Assembly (NCBI RefSeq): GCF_964204645.1
Contig: NC_134026.1
Location: 26,136,150 to 26,200,149 of the forward strand
From: Tubulanus polymorphus
Lineage: Eukaryota; Animalia; Nemertea
DNA: 64,000 nucleotides
Reading direction: 5' to 3'
Shown: positions 28,184 through 42,161 of the stretch, piece by piece
How the letters are laid out: each line of letters starts with the position of its first letter
Position numbering within the stretch: position 1 is the first letter of the stretch
Program-made: the position numbers and the translations under genes
The notes under the pieces: model-generated
Databases searched by the model: none
What the model saw: only the letters and a program-made list of their open reading frames with translations
Told to the model about the DNA's origin: nothing

Positions 28184-28254
<71 letters not shown>
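28184..28254. repeat. (TA)n microsatellite
   Basis: ~70 bp of near-pure TA; shorter TA runs at ~4427-4446 and ~6129-6145. Confidence 0.95.
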
Positions 28255-28256
<2 letters not shown>

Positions 28257-28652
28257 AAATGTATAATTTTTGTACTTGTTGATATTGAAAATAAAGAAAA
28301 GATTTGGAATATTCCTTTAATTCTAGCGTTTTTTGTCGACTTCTTTTTTGTTTTTTGGTGTGAAAATCTCCCGAGTTATTGGCACTCCTAAGAGCGTGCC
28401 TAGCATCTGAATGGGGGGAGGCCAGAGAAACCCGAATTCTATAGGATACTATAGTAAAAGGGCAATTCTCCAAAGTTCCTGCTGGCAACTGTCCCCTGCA
28501 CCCCCTCCGCACGGTCCTCACTAATACCAGTACATCATTCACAGTTACTACCAGAATGAATGGATGAATCATCTAATTGGTTGAATGTGTATTTTATTAT
28601 GCCCACAGTATAAGAAGCGTTTATGGAATGAAAGCTATATACCATTACTTAT

Positions 28653-31600
28653 TCACCACGAATAGCAGTTCAAAATAGCCGGCTTAAATTTCGTTAGAAA
28701 GGTCTGAAAGAATCTTGCAAACACGCCAAAGCCTAGACCTGACGTGTGACACGAACAATCTCCTGCAACGAGATAAAGTTTTGAGATTTTATCTCCGAAC
28801 AAGAAATACTGCAATCCAATACACGTGTCAACTATTGTGAAAATCTAAGAAGTTAAAACGGGCCTCGCGGTTATTGGTTGGGTGGGTCAATTGAAGCAAG
28901 GACAAAAATTCGACCAACCAATAAAAACTTACCAATCATTTGAAGATCATTTAATAATTTTCTCCGAGATCTGAATCTGAAATACGAAGAATTGGTGACG
29001 ACGATTTATGATTTCTCATGATATACATCTCTGGTTGGACCGGGCATTGCTTACCTTTGAAACTGTCCAAATTCGGGGTGAGCGCCGAAGCACCCATATT
29101 CGTTATTGGACCATTCCAAGAGTTTATTTAACCATGCGATTTGGAAAAACTCGTCAAAATTCAGTGATATGCATAGCAGGACTGTGATAGAAAATATATA
29201 AAATATTCATCGTAATTTCAGAGCACGCCATAATGTCACGTGCTGATATATATACATCACACATTTTCCAAATTCCCAAGTTACAACACTCCGTAGCTGA
29301 GACGCTTAATGCATTATTTTCCTGCAACATTTCATTAAAACAGATCCCTGACGTTCAGAACAGAATGAAACAATTTCTGCAGGTTTTCCCTTGGTACTTC
29401 ATATATATTTTCCAGTTATATCAAACACTTACTGGATTCGATAAAAACATCTCGCAAAGGGGCGGATAGATAGTTTAATTCTGTGTCTTCCAGCCTTCCC
29501 GATTTGAAAATCATTTTCGCTTCCGCGAACAGGCGGGAACATAGGTGTTGACTCATGTTAAGTGTGTTAGTCTGCATCGGATGTAGAGCTGCGTTCATTT
29601 GGGTGGAACAAGATACCTACGGAAAAAGTACACCATCGTGGCACGGTTTTTAATATCAAATTTAAGATATATGCTTCGTTGGTCAACTTACACATATCAA
29701 ATATATACATTACATGCTTCTGCGCTGCAACTTACGGATTCTAAATCGCTTATGACATAATACAACAATTGGTGCGTCGCGTTGTATCCACTATCCCGAG
29801 GTGGATGATGTGGGTACATCATTTGAAGACACTCTAAGGGAATACTGCATTTTTCCGAACCACTGAAATTCGAATATCTAGATATCAATATGAGAATGTC
29901 TTTTTAAAAATACATGAATTAAATATTTTATAAAATAAAGATCTATATGAATTACTTTAGCTTGAATATGAAACACCGAACTCTACATCGAATTTCTTCG
30001 GCAAGATCTCGCCATTTTTACTGAATTTATATTTCCACTTACGGATAAGTTCCCAATAATCTAGTTATGCAGTCATCACCAGCTTTTTCGTTGTAGGTAT
30101 CTAAGTCGTTCATGTAGGTGTGAACGTTTACGCCCAATAGCAGATAGCTGGAATCTACGTGCCGCGGTGTCCGATCCAGGGTCAGAAATTTCAATTTGTC
30201 TTCCGTCAATATTTTAAATCGTTTGGCGTACGTGTTTTCTATGAGTTTTTCTCTTTCTTTTGCACTATTTATCACATTCTGCGTCCGTCTGTTCAAGTTT
30301 TCGACAATTCTCCAACATGATGTAGGTTCTTCGGATAGCGCATTAAGTGTCTTCATAAATGCAGCTATATGGATTAAGAAATATGCATATGTTATCGAAA
30401 TTTAGTTTATGGCTTGGTTAAATAAAGTGAAAGGTGGATTGCAAAATATGACAGATTTCGACTGCCCAATATTCGTTCTCAGATTTTTATTGCAAGCAGG
30501 TATTATTCCCCGCTGCAAATGTCCTTGTTTTCTCTTGGTGACAACTTATTTATTTACCATCGTCCTGAGCTTTGGGAAGGAAAATACGTGCCATGAGCGC
30601 ATAATGCTCATCGTGCGCTCGTTAACGTTGGCTGAGTATCAGTGGTATCTAAAATACATAGAGTTCCTCTTAATGTATTTTTGGTAGTGTCCAAATTTTA
30701 TCAAAATTGAACAAAAATCGGTTTGATTATAAGTAAATTCTTGGCTTAAATCCGTATTAACTGGACCATATTTTTCATTAAGAATAGGTACCTACAAAAC
30801 CAGCGATATGTTACTACGAAGCCTCCATACGTATGTTCCTCCTCCGTACACAGAAAGTTTATTTTGACGTTTATGCATGGGCTTTTTTTAATCATTGGAC
30901 CGGTTGCAGTTGTCGCACCAGTGACCAACTACGCCTCTGTGATTGAAAATCATTCATATTTACCACATTTTCACACGAACGTTTTCCACGCGTAGTTCAT
31001 ACGTTAGAAAATGTTGTCTACTTATGGACCGAGCATGGATTTTGGAATTATAGAAGATAGTATCCAAAGTCTAATACCGTCATAAAAACTCATTGACCAC
31101 AACCCTTTACGTTCATACAACCTTTCACGAAGGTAAAAACTGTAGGATTCGTCCTTGAATAGGAAGTCTCCCTAAATGAGTTGCTGGTCAGGGGTAAATC
31201 AATGGAGGTGGGGGTGACAATTTCCATGTTGGGCTTATCATTCTAAGGAAAATTTGGAAGGGGAGGGGTTGTCGTCTGAGAGGTACTTGGCAAAGGGTAA
31301 TTTTAATAGCGGTTAATGTCTAGAGTGTTGTCGGGGGCAAAAATGGGTTTGTTGTAGAACCCACAGTGAAATAAAGTGAAATGACGGCCGCCTAATATAA
31401 ATTTGGTATTTATTCCCGAGAAAAAAACTATTTCGACGTCCACGAGATTTTGAGAGATTTTCTGATTTTTTTTTTATGTATGCGTTCATCCATGGTCATT
31501 CCCTTACAAGACTTTGAAAATCGTAACCTGCTCGTTTTTATGCATTCATATTTACATCAAAACGTGTATTAGAGTACATGTTCAGACTTAGAATGATTTA

Positions 31601-31989
31601 GCAAAAGGAGATTTCGTAATATTACAACACAATCTTATCTTGCATAGTCGAGATAATAGTTTCGGAAGTTTACACAATATTGAACGTCATACAAAGGATC
31701 GGAACCACAACATGTAAAGTAAAAACACTGTAGGAAAACAGGGAAACGAAAAACATTTCTTGGGCTTACCTTGACCGTGTAGAATTCCAAAAATCCCGTC
31801 AGGATTCAAATGTTCCACATCTGCCTCAAATGTCGACAGAAGTCGATCCAGACGACGGTAAACAGCCCGCGCCAATTTTTCTCCGCCATTTGATTGATGA
31901 TTTTGCTGGACAGCATTTGCAAAAACATAGAAACTCGCCAACAGAGCCAGGAATACCGCTCTAATGAAGAAAGCAGCCCCGAGTTCCAT
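28653..31989 (-). CDS. C16orf89: UPF0764/C16orf89 homolog, second paralogue
   Basis: Signal peptide MELGAAFFIRAVFLALLASFYVFANA; LNPDGIFG; GDDCITRLLGT; GYNATHQLLYY; RDVFIES; LLCISLNFDEFFQIAWLNKLLEW..YGCF; DCSCHTSGLG..W*; same 7-exon layout as the nested copy. Confidence 0.87.
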
Positions 31990-34900
31990 TAAGAATCAGA
32001 CTGCAATAAACCTATCGATGAGAGTGTTCGACAAACAGAAAATGACGGTCGCTTTGATACGCAAATCGCACAGCTGTTTAGAAGCCACCGAATCGTGTTA
32101 TAATAATTGAGCTTAGGTGTTTTTGGTTGATGAAATGAAAATTGATAGGTTCTAACACCACTCAGCAACTTCTTCAAGCAAAATGACTCCAGTGCAAGTG
32201 AGTGTATTTTCTATGAGGGTTTTCAGAGTACCAGGTAAAGAAACACCGGTGCGAAAAAACCCGCTATCGAAACGCAATTTAAGATAATATACTGGTATTT
32301 TGTACTTTTTATGCATCGAGATTAGATTCTACCCACACAGCACGACGAACGTGCCCATGATATCGATACGCAATATCAAAGGTCTCGTCGATGGTTTACT
32401 GTGTTTCTATTATCTCACAAGGAATCAAAATTTAAATTTAGGTGTAATCCGTGTAGAGAAATAAAACGTTAACAAAAAATTTATCGACGGAAATAGCTTT
32501 TATTGTTATCGTTGTCATCTATACAAGAAGTATTTCAGTCACAATGGTGTAGTAAATTCCTGAGGACAGGGAATAGTATCTCCACATCCTTTGTGCTGCC
32601 ATTCATTAGACAAATCCTCTGATTACGATATTGAATTGACTACGTACAATAATCACCGTTTACAGTAAATGTATCGTTACTCAAACTATTTATTTCATAA
32701 TTCCATCCAGAAATTATTTTCCAACGAGTTTGTAAAGGTGCAACATCACCGATACTTGAATAATTGATAAACTCAACCAATGATTTATGTACAATTTATG
32801 ACGGTCCGACTCCTGCATTCAAATGTTATAAACTATTCAAATATATGTAAACATATATATTTATACATATTGTCTAATCTTTTTTTATCGAATTCATTAC
32901 GAATATCTATATGAGAACATGACAGTCGATTTCAAAACTTTAACAATACAACATAAATACAATCAAGGCAGCACAATACACTACCATATCTCTGAAGTAA
33001 GAGAAAATAATTAGTCCAAAATATTCTCTAAATCACGAGAACAATAAACATTTAAACTGAACCTCAAAATCCAAACAATACATGTGTTGTTATGATGTTA
33101 CGTGTTATGATCTTCCTTAAGTACGCAATAAATAGAGGATTGTTACCAGTAACAGCATTTCAGATTCATAAGTTATATAGTTTCTGCGAAGCTATAAATA
33201 CACTCATTAAAACTGTATAGTTTATATATGATAGTATCAAGTTAAAACATTCAAAATTGTATTTTTTCAATCGTAATAATTTATTGCTATTGCATTTCGC
33301 ACATACATATGTCTATCAAACCAACGGATCTGTTCTCCACCAATAAAATCAAAAATGTAAAACAGTATCCCGGCAATGTTCATACAATTTTGAAGAGAAT
33401 TATAATGTCAATTAACTAAACTTTAGTCATTTTCATCCAGATTATTATGCTATGAACAATTAGGGTTCAAATCCCAAAATGAGAAGAAAGTGTCAAAACT
33501 TTATACTATATCTTTGGTATCAAGACATAATAGACCTGGAATGGAAAATTATGTGCATATAATTGCAACTTGAACACTCTATCTATTGCCATAGACTCAA
33601 TGCTTGCATCCAAAGATGATCAATTCATCACAGTTTACTTGCCATAAGGCATAACGTGTAAGTGAAATTGAAATGTATTCAAGAAAAGGAAATCAATCAT
33701 AATTTCAATGTATGAGACAGGATTTTTTGTTGAGAATTTAAAACTTTGAAAATCCACGAGTCAAAAATATAATTGCGAGAATGCAAATGTTGCATTAATA
33801 ACATTTCTTTTTGTACTATTTTGTGGTACTCTGATCACTAATAACGAAATACCATAAAGGCCACCAGAATTAAAGGCACCAAATGCCGGAACAGATTTCT
33901 GTAAAGTGCGAGTTTTACATGGAATTTGTCTTTACGAAATCTATGCAACTTCATAAGATCTGTACAATATCATATACACAGATATGTAGAGATGATATCA
34001 ATAAATCTATGTTTAAAATGTTTTACTACTGTGTTATGAAATATCATTGGTCCACTACGAAACCGTGCATACATCACAAGAGATCTAGCACCATTGTGAT
34101 ATATGCCAAATAATCCATAACGGATCGGTAAAATTTGTGTAAAGATCGCTTTTAAAACCGGTCCATTCTGACACCTATACATTAAGTAGTCGAGTTAATT
34201 TGAAATGCATATTATTTACACTACATGTAAGCTGTACCTGAACAAAAATAATTCAATTTATAAGTTAAAAGACATAATTGTTAAAGGTAAATCAGATAAC
34301 ACTGATGAATTGACGGAAAACATATTTCAAAATTATCAAAACTGACTATTCATGTATCAATCTGCTTCTAAAAAGTGAATGTGATTATTTGAAGAAAAAG
34401 AAATATTATTTCATCTCTGTGCTTGAAATACTCAAATGAAGCCAATAAATAATCATACAATATTTGTTATATAACATCTTACAAACAAATTACAAAATAA
34501 TCAAATATACAATTGTACAATATCCAATATGTAACTCATGTGCACCATCAGGCACTCAGATTAATTTAGCACATTATGTTCATAACTTCACCAGTTTTAT
34601 CAAAAATACATGAAAATCTACAATAGAATGATTTATACATGTATAGTACTGGAATGCCACGGAGAAACTACTGAGAAATTCATAAGCTAAACATACAAAC
34701 ATATCAATGGTACATTCTATGACAAAATGCGCTTTTATTATCTGTGGTTTTTTAGTATGTCATAGAAAACAATCAGTCATGATTTTTTCAAATTTGCTCA
34801 TTTCGATTATTGCACTCGCTTCTGTCAGGCAAATAATGTTTAAGAAATCTAATCACAGGTTACGTTTCAATGTAAATAAATGCAGTAAGCAGAATTTAAT

Positions 34901-35054
34901 TTCTTATTATAAGCGGGGCGTAACTGGAGGGCAAATCTTCATAGAATACTGACTGCTGATGTCTTTTACCACGGTCTCAAATTACAAGATCTGCTGGTGG
35001 AATATTTGTTGCCGCACGATGAGTTTGTGGACTTGAATTATAACTACGTGATCC

Positions 35055-38000
35055 TCAACGCGATGATGAATTACGTAGAAATTTGAAGCTGAAATAAATA
35101 AGCAGATCATATATAATTGTAAATATCTGTACGTGTTTGTTCAAGTATCTATACCCAGTACAATGACCCCCTGCCACAAATATTCATTACATATATAAAC
35201 ACCTTAAGCAAAATAATTCAATTCATACATTGGTATTTAAAAACCAAAGGAGCTTAATCCAAGCCATTTGATAAATGCCAAAATTTTGCTGTAAACTTCT
35301 TAAATATCATAAGTAAACATGCATTAAGTAATTACATGTAACATCAAAACCAAAACACTAACGAAAATTGTTTAGATATCTTATGACTTACATGTATGGG
35401 TATTAGTTCTACATAAGCTTCTAGAGAGAAGTATGTAACTAAGTAGTATGTATCAATAAGATTATATCCAATACTTCATCGAGATTTAAAATAGATTTGT
35501 ACACATTTATGCAAGGAGAATAAACAACACATAATTCAACGACCACGAATCACCTACTTTTAATCATCAAAAGCTAACTTTTCCAGAAGCCCAGTGAAGC
35601 TGGCAAAACAAACACAACATATCAAGCTAACATTAATGCCATTTAACATACTCGATATGTCCAAGATCTACTTGAATCACAATATTAGTATGAAAAAGGA
35701 GGTATGGTAATTGAAATTAAGTAACTAACCCATCATTATAAGTGATTGTGATAGATGGCGAATGCAGCAAAGCACATACATTGCACATGTGTCCTAACCT
35801 TAATACTTTGTCTTACAAAAATGGAATGGCATTTATGACAAAGCCAAAGAAGAATACCCTCAACCATACCATAACCCATGCTTTCATCAGTCAAGGGATA
35901 CAGTATTTATGATCTTCAAAAGAATATCTGGGTACTTACAATTTCCTAATACCGGATTCTTTTTCATCAGGATTCAACTTTTCATAAGGTTCTTTATTAA
36001 TTGGACCCTGCACCGGGAGCTCTTCATTTGAACCGTAATCAGATGCGAAAACTTCTCTACAGTGAAGAAAGGAATATCTTGAATTTACATCAAGGCCTTA
36101 CAGTTGAGTAAACCTCATGATAAACGAAAGATTTCCTTTAAAATTATGGCGTACTTAGGTCGATAAAGTTCTAATTCTTCTTCAAGTTCAATGAGTTTTG
36201 ATTTAAGTTCATTCCGTTCTAGTAACACCTCTCTTAATTCACTTAAAGTGAATCGTGGTCGGTTTGGATCTTTCATGTCAATTAAGATTTTCCCTTCTGC
36301 GCTGAGCCTTTCCTCCAGTTTCTCCAGTTCTGCGGCTGGCATCTACGAATATAGAAGCATATCATGCAAATATGCATCCAGATTGAATTACAGTCACTCC
36401 AGTTTAATTTCATTAGTGAATTACAGTCACTCCAGTTTAATTTCATTAGTAACTCTGACATTTCTTCAAATCTTACACTCCAATCAAGTTCGCTCACAGT
36501 CATTATATAGCCACTGAATAATCAGATCAAAGGAAAATCAATACAACATAACATCAGCATAATTTCTAGACTACGTGGGATGTATCTATATTCATTGCAG
36601 ACGAGGGGGAATTTGAAATATCTTTACATTTCTGATTACTCCAAATCAAATCATAAAATATATGAAACCATAACAGTATGAACAGTAGATATTTGAAAAC
36701 CAAAATCACAAAAGTTGTACATTCATATACAGGGGCAATTGTATGTTGATCATATTGATTCTTGAAATGGAATGTTGTTAATCCATGTATACCAGGTATA
36801 AGAAGCCATTCAATCTAATTGAAGCAGATAATTAGCCTTTATTCACATAGCATTGATTCACAATATTGAATGGACCAATGCCAAAGGTCTGTATATAAAC
36901 ATACACATAACACTGTTACATTTAATCAATGCAGTGATTTAAACCCTTCGATGACATTATTTCACATATGGTATATTGTATTAGACTACATAAAAATTGC
37001 AGGATAAAGACTTACCGCAGGCCAAGTTCCAGAAGTCTTTAATAAAAGATGAATAATATTCTAAGCATAATTACAGGACAAGACTAAGCAAGGAACTACT
37101 TATCAGCCCAATGTATAAAAAAATGAGGAAAATACGAAAAAGCACAGCATATCATCTATCATCTTTTTTTTAAATCGTAAAAAGCATACTGGTAATAAGT
37201 TTTAAAATGTTGTTCCCAAGCTATTTGTGCAACCAGAACCCAAAACATAACCGACTGTACAAATAAAATTCTAATTCTTACTGGAGATTTAACAACACCA
37301 TCTTCGCCAAGCTTTCCTTTGATCTTTACGAGTTCATGGTCTTTTTCTTGAACTTGTGATTGAAGGTCAGCCTTTTCTTCAATGAGGTGTTTGGCCTGTC
37401 TAGACGTAACGCTATATTTTCGCCTCATTTCTGAGTTTAACTTTGTTAATCTATCAGCTTGAGACTGGATCTATTCAAAATTCAAAAGCCAACGAAATCT
37501 TAATTTAAAAGATCTAATTACAATCTGAAAGCCCAGTATAAAATGAAGAAAAACTCACTGCTTCACAATCAACATTTTTCTGAGAAAGATCTCGTTTCAG
37601 GCTTCGGATTTCATCTCTCTGTTTGTCAATGGTTTCTTTTAATTTGCCCAAGACAACAATTTGTTCTGCTTGTGCTGTAACAAAAAGGACATTTACAACT
37701 GCTAGTAATGAGGACTTTCTTGAATTAGTATAAGTTTGATAAAAGCCACTCCTACATTCTGTGTGAGCAGCTTGTTTATCTTTTTCAGAAAGTGCACTCA
37801 TTAATTTTCGGTTTTCTTCTTGTAGCTTTGACACCATTTTGAGTAAATCTTTTGCCTCCGTGCGCCATACTTCTTCAATTTGCTCCAATTCCTTTAAGAT
37901 ATAAACATTCAAGAATCATTGACCACTGAATGAATTTACTTTCAGTTGTTCCCACAAATCACAATTCTGGTTTGGATCTTCAATTTAATTCTTACAGGCA

Positions 38001-38519
38001 CTTTAGGCCTATAGGAGTGTGCAGATAGAATTAAGGCCAAGCCCAAGGGTGTAACTGTACATAAACTTTACCCAATCGCAGCAGGCAATTTTAAATTCGA
38101 AGTAATATGTTATTCCATTAAAAACTTTCGGCATTACTTAAGACTGAAGCTTAAAACGTTAGGAATGAAATGAAGAAAAAAAGTGTTAAGAAAACTTTAG
38201 CAAGACTCTGACTGAGGCCTACAAATGTATTGGGTTAAACTACCTTCTCATAGCGGGTTCTTTCCCCAGCTCTTTCAGTTTTTTCTACTTGTAATTTTTC
38301 GACAGCTATTCTCAAGTCATTCACTTCTATATTTTCCCGTTCACTGTTCTGAGCTAATGCCTCGAGATGTTCGAGAATTCTAATCACTTTCGGCATCAAA
38401 TTCGAAATCGCATCAACTCCGTAGTTTTCGATCAAGTTCTCGAATTCTTTACCAATTGATGAAGCATAATCGTAAACATCAACTACAGTCACATTATCGA
38501 GAGGAGATGATGGATCCAT
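35055..38519 (-). CDS. RILPL1: RILP-like protein 1 (RH1 + coiled coil + RH2)
   Basis: RH1 TVVDVYDYASSIGKEFENLIENYG..LMPKVIRILEHLE; RH2 DPNRPRFTLSELREVLLERNELK; LPVQGPINKEP; C-terminal ESGIRKFFKFL*; long AT-rich downstream region (~32500-35050) consistent with a 3'UTR. Confidence 0.92.
36384..36450. repeat. 33-bp perfect tandem duplication in a RILPL1 intron
   Basis: TGAATTACAGTCACTCCAGTTTAATTTCATTAG x2. Confidence 0.95.
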
Positions 38520-38753
38520 TTTAGGACGATATCTGCGATAAAATTGGTAAGATGTCATTCTCAAAAAGCAAGCATCGATTTATTTATGTTTCTACCATTT
38601 TGGAATTATCACATGACATGTCGCGAGACCAGAATTTACAAGCACCGAAAAACCACGTGCCACAGTAAATAGCTTCAATTCAATATGATTTTATTGAAAG
38701 TAAGTCAATAACTATTAGCTATAAAGCGGAATCGGATCGGAACTCGAATCAAG
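38520..38753. promoter_or_regulatory. Bidirectional promoter RILPL1/NOC4L
   Basis: Divergent ATGs only 234 bp apart; contains TCGCGAGA and a CACGTG E-box, with a YY1-like AAGATGGCGGC over the NOC4L ATG. Confidence 0.65.
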
Positions 38754-41519
38754 ATGGCGGCCTCCACGAAAAAGCATGCGAAGAAAATTAGATTGAAAAA
38801 TAATAAAGAAATCGACGCCATCAAAGAAAATGCTTCGCTGTTTTTAGCAAATAGAAAAAACAGCAATCGATTAATTGATATTCTATCGGCATTAGAGGTA
38901 TTTAAACATAAGCGATCAAGCAACGGTTTCGTCTTTACAACTTGTCAAAAGTTGAACCTTGTCGACTTGACTACGTACTTGGGGGGCTTGCCCTTTTTCG
39001 GGCTTGGCTACGAATTCATGTTATGGATTGATTTCAGTCAGATGAATATGAAGTTGTTGTAACTGCTATAAAGTCAATACACAGAGTATTTTCCAATCTG
39101 ATAAGAACTGGGCAAATCTTAAAGAAAGCATCAGAAAATGATATCGATGAGAAAGAGAGAGAAGGTATGAACGCTAATTGAATTGAATCATGAATGTTGA
39201 TGTGCTGTTTACATACACTGCTCAAAAGTTGATTTGATAACCAAAGTTTGTCATTTTTAGGTCTACCAAAAGATGATCAATATAGATTGTGGTTACATGA
39301 TAACTACACTGACATGTGTAAAAAACTATTGGAATTATTGCATCATGATGATCGCAATATTCAGGTTAGATCTAAATGCAAAAAGAAAAAAGAATTCCCA
39401 GGCGATATTCTCAATTTTTACTCTGATGTTAATAATCTATGAATGCTTATTTATATTGCAGGAATTATCTTTGTGCACACTCTTGAAGTTTGTAGCCATT
39501 GATGGTCAGCATCCAACTAGAACTGTGACAAAGAAACAGCTTTCTTTTCCATCTCTACTCTATCAGGTATGTAAGTAGACTTTGCAATATGTTATTAGTT
39601 TCATGCAAGTTGAAAAATTTATGATGGTTTTTATGTTTTAGTCATTACTCAATGAATTACTATGTTCTGAGGATTCAATGGTAGCTCTTATAGAACGCAT
39701 GCAGGAATACATGGAATATGATGATGTTCGATTTTATACCTTGAAACATTCATTGAGAAATATGAGAGACAAAATAGAAAAGGTCTGTATTATGTATTAC
39801 ATTTATTATCATTCTAAAATCAATAAGACCGATTGAAAGTCATTTGACAATCCTATAATACCAGTAATTTTCTGTCTTTAAGGATCTTACGGAACAATAT
39901 CTGAGAAACCTGTTTACATTATTGGAAAATATCTCGTTACCAACAGAAGAAACTGAAGTGTTGTCTAAATGTCTTGCAAAACCACCAGGTAAACATCATA
40001 ATGGTTTGATTTATACGCTGCACATTCTGTCAGTTGCGTTGCTCTGCGAGTTAAATTTTGAAAATCTGAACTATTACAGGTCCAGAAACGAATGCTAAGA
40101 TATTATTAATGTCAGAGCAAAAGAGGCTTTTTACACTTTTGTGGTTAGAATTTCTGAAACAACAGGTTAGTTAGTTTAGATTATAGAACTTTCAATTTAT
40201 TATGTATGGTATTCATATTCATTTATTTTCGTTTCATCTTTAGCTTTCTGTGAATATATATAAGAAAGTTCTTGTTATTCTTCACGATAAAGTCATGCCT
40301 TATGTCTCAAATCCTTTGTTGCTCAGCGATTTTCTCACAATTTCATATAATATAGGTAAGTGGACATTGAAAAAAAAAATCAAATCCTTTATCATAGTGA
40401 GCACCTTGGTTTGATGGTCTACTTGTTTCAACTTGCAGGAGGCGCAGTTAGTTTGCTAGCTTTGAATGGTCTTTTTGTCCTAATACAGAAATACAATTTG
40501 TAAGTTCTTTATCAAAATTCTCAATGAATACGTATATTTTTCTTGAAATGAGGTCACTACTAAAAAGATAATTTCTTTTTATTCAGAAATTATCCTGATT
40601 TCTATCCTAAGTTGTATAGTTTGCTGGATCCATCCGTATTCCATGTGAAATATCAAGCTAGATTTTTCTATCTTACTGATCTTTTCCTTACTTCAACGTA
40701 AGTATAATTTTATCATCTTGTGTTTTCGGGATACTTCAACTGAATGTTGATTTTGTTTTGAACATCTCTGTTTACAGGCATTTACCTGCATATTTGGTGG
40801 CTGCGTTTATCAAGAAATTATCCCGTTTAGCTTTGACGGCACCTGCATCATCTCTATCGTTCTTGATACCATTAGTATATAATCTGATCATTCGTCACCC
40901 AACTTGTCATTGTTTGATTCATCGCACAGATTTCGAAAGTAAGTGCATATCAGAAAGAATCCTCTCAATTGTACTTTTGAAGTGTGCATCACAAGTGTTT
41001 GTTCGTTGTATTTAGGTATAGCTGGTGATCCTTATGTTTTTGAAGAAAAAGATCCTGCTAAGTGTAATGCATTGGATAGCTCTTTATGGGAAATAAAGGT
41101 ACACATTTATAGTAGGCCTATTTGAATGAAATCCAAAATCTACTGTGTAAATCCTAATCTTATTCCTAGGTTCAAATGTTTCTTTTTAAGACTATGCAGA
41201 ATCACTATCACCCAGCCATTGTAAACGAAGCTATGAAACTGGATAACAAACTTCCCTCACATGAAATGGATATCTCTGAAAAATTAGAAACAACAGCAGC
41301 CATAGTAAGATCTTCTTCTCGATTGATCAAGACTAACTGAAAACCCTTGGAAGATTTAGTCATACTGTATAAATATAATGTATGTTATACTTCATTTTGT
41401 AGTTATTTGACAGAAGTTTCAAGAAAAGGTTCAAAGAGGCTCCAGTCACATTTCAACCTCCTAAAGGCTTGTTTAATACACCTGATGATATAATGCAAAA
41501 TAATTGGTTGTTAGAGTGA
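38754..41519 (+). CDS. NOC4L: Nucleolar complex protein 4 homolog (CBF/Mak21 domain)
   Basis: EYMEYDDVRFYTL, LLSDFLTISYNIGGAVSLLALNGLF, NYPDFYPKLYSLLD..FHVKYQARFF, HLPAYLVAAFIKKLSRLAL, DPYVFEEKDPAKCNALDSSLWEI, HYHP; stop TGA 41517-41519. Confidence 0.95.
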
Positions 41520-42161
41520 TAATAGATTATCGAATGAAGTATGATTTTGTGTTGTCTTTTTCCTGACTTAGGATTTACGATAATAAATAAGCCTTTCTTT
41601 ACGCTGGATTACCACCACGTGGTAGATTGCATCGAATAATCTTTTGAGTATAACATTTACTTTAAGACTAATAACACATTTAAAACACGTGTGCGGTTTT
41701 AGAAGGGACACTACTTGGGAACCTAGATCAAATCCTCGGGACGAAAATGGAGAATGTTTTTGGTTTGAATTTAATAAACAGAACAGATGTGCAGTTTTTC
41801 ATTTACCATAAGTTCAGTTAATCGCTTTTTAACGATCAAATCTGAGTAATAAAGTGGTCGCGGATTATATTAATGATAGATTTGCGTGAAAGGTTTTCAT
41901 ATAAATATAACGATCCGGTTTGAGTAACGTGGACCAGAGTCTTGCCGTCTAAGAAACCTACGAATCTTGTCTAAGAAAGGAAACTGTAAAGGTAAGTGTC
42001 GGCACAATAGTTAGTCATGGACGCCCACATGGAAGATTCCATGATCGCTGCTAATTATTGCCTACAGATTTCCAGTCGTAAATGACACCATCGAGTCTAT
42101 AAAAGCAGCTGCAAAATTGGATAACAAGTATCCACATTTTCTAATTCAACTAGGCGTCAAA

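Noticed and set aside
28183-28572. 129-aa ORF ending in YI repeats
   Set aside because: Runs through the TA microsatellite and a GC-rich repeat fragment; spurious.
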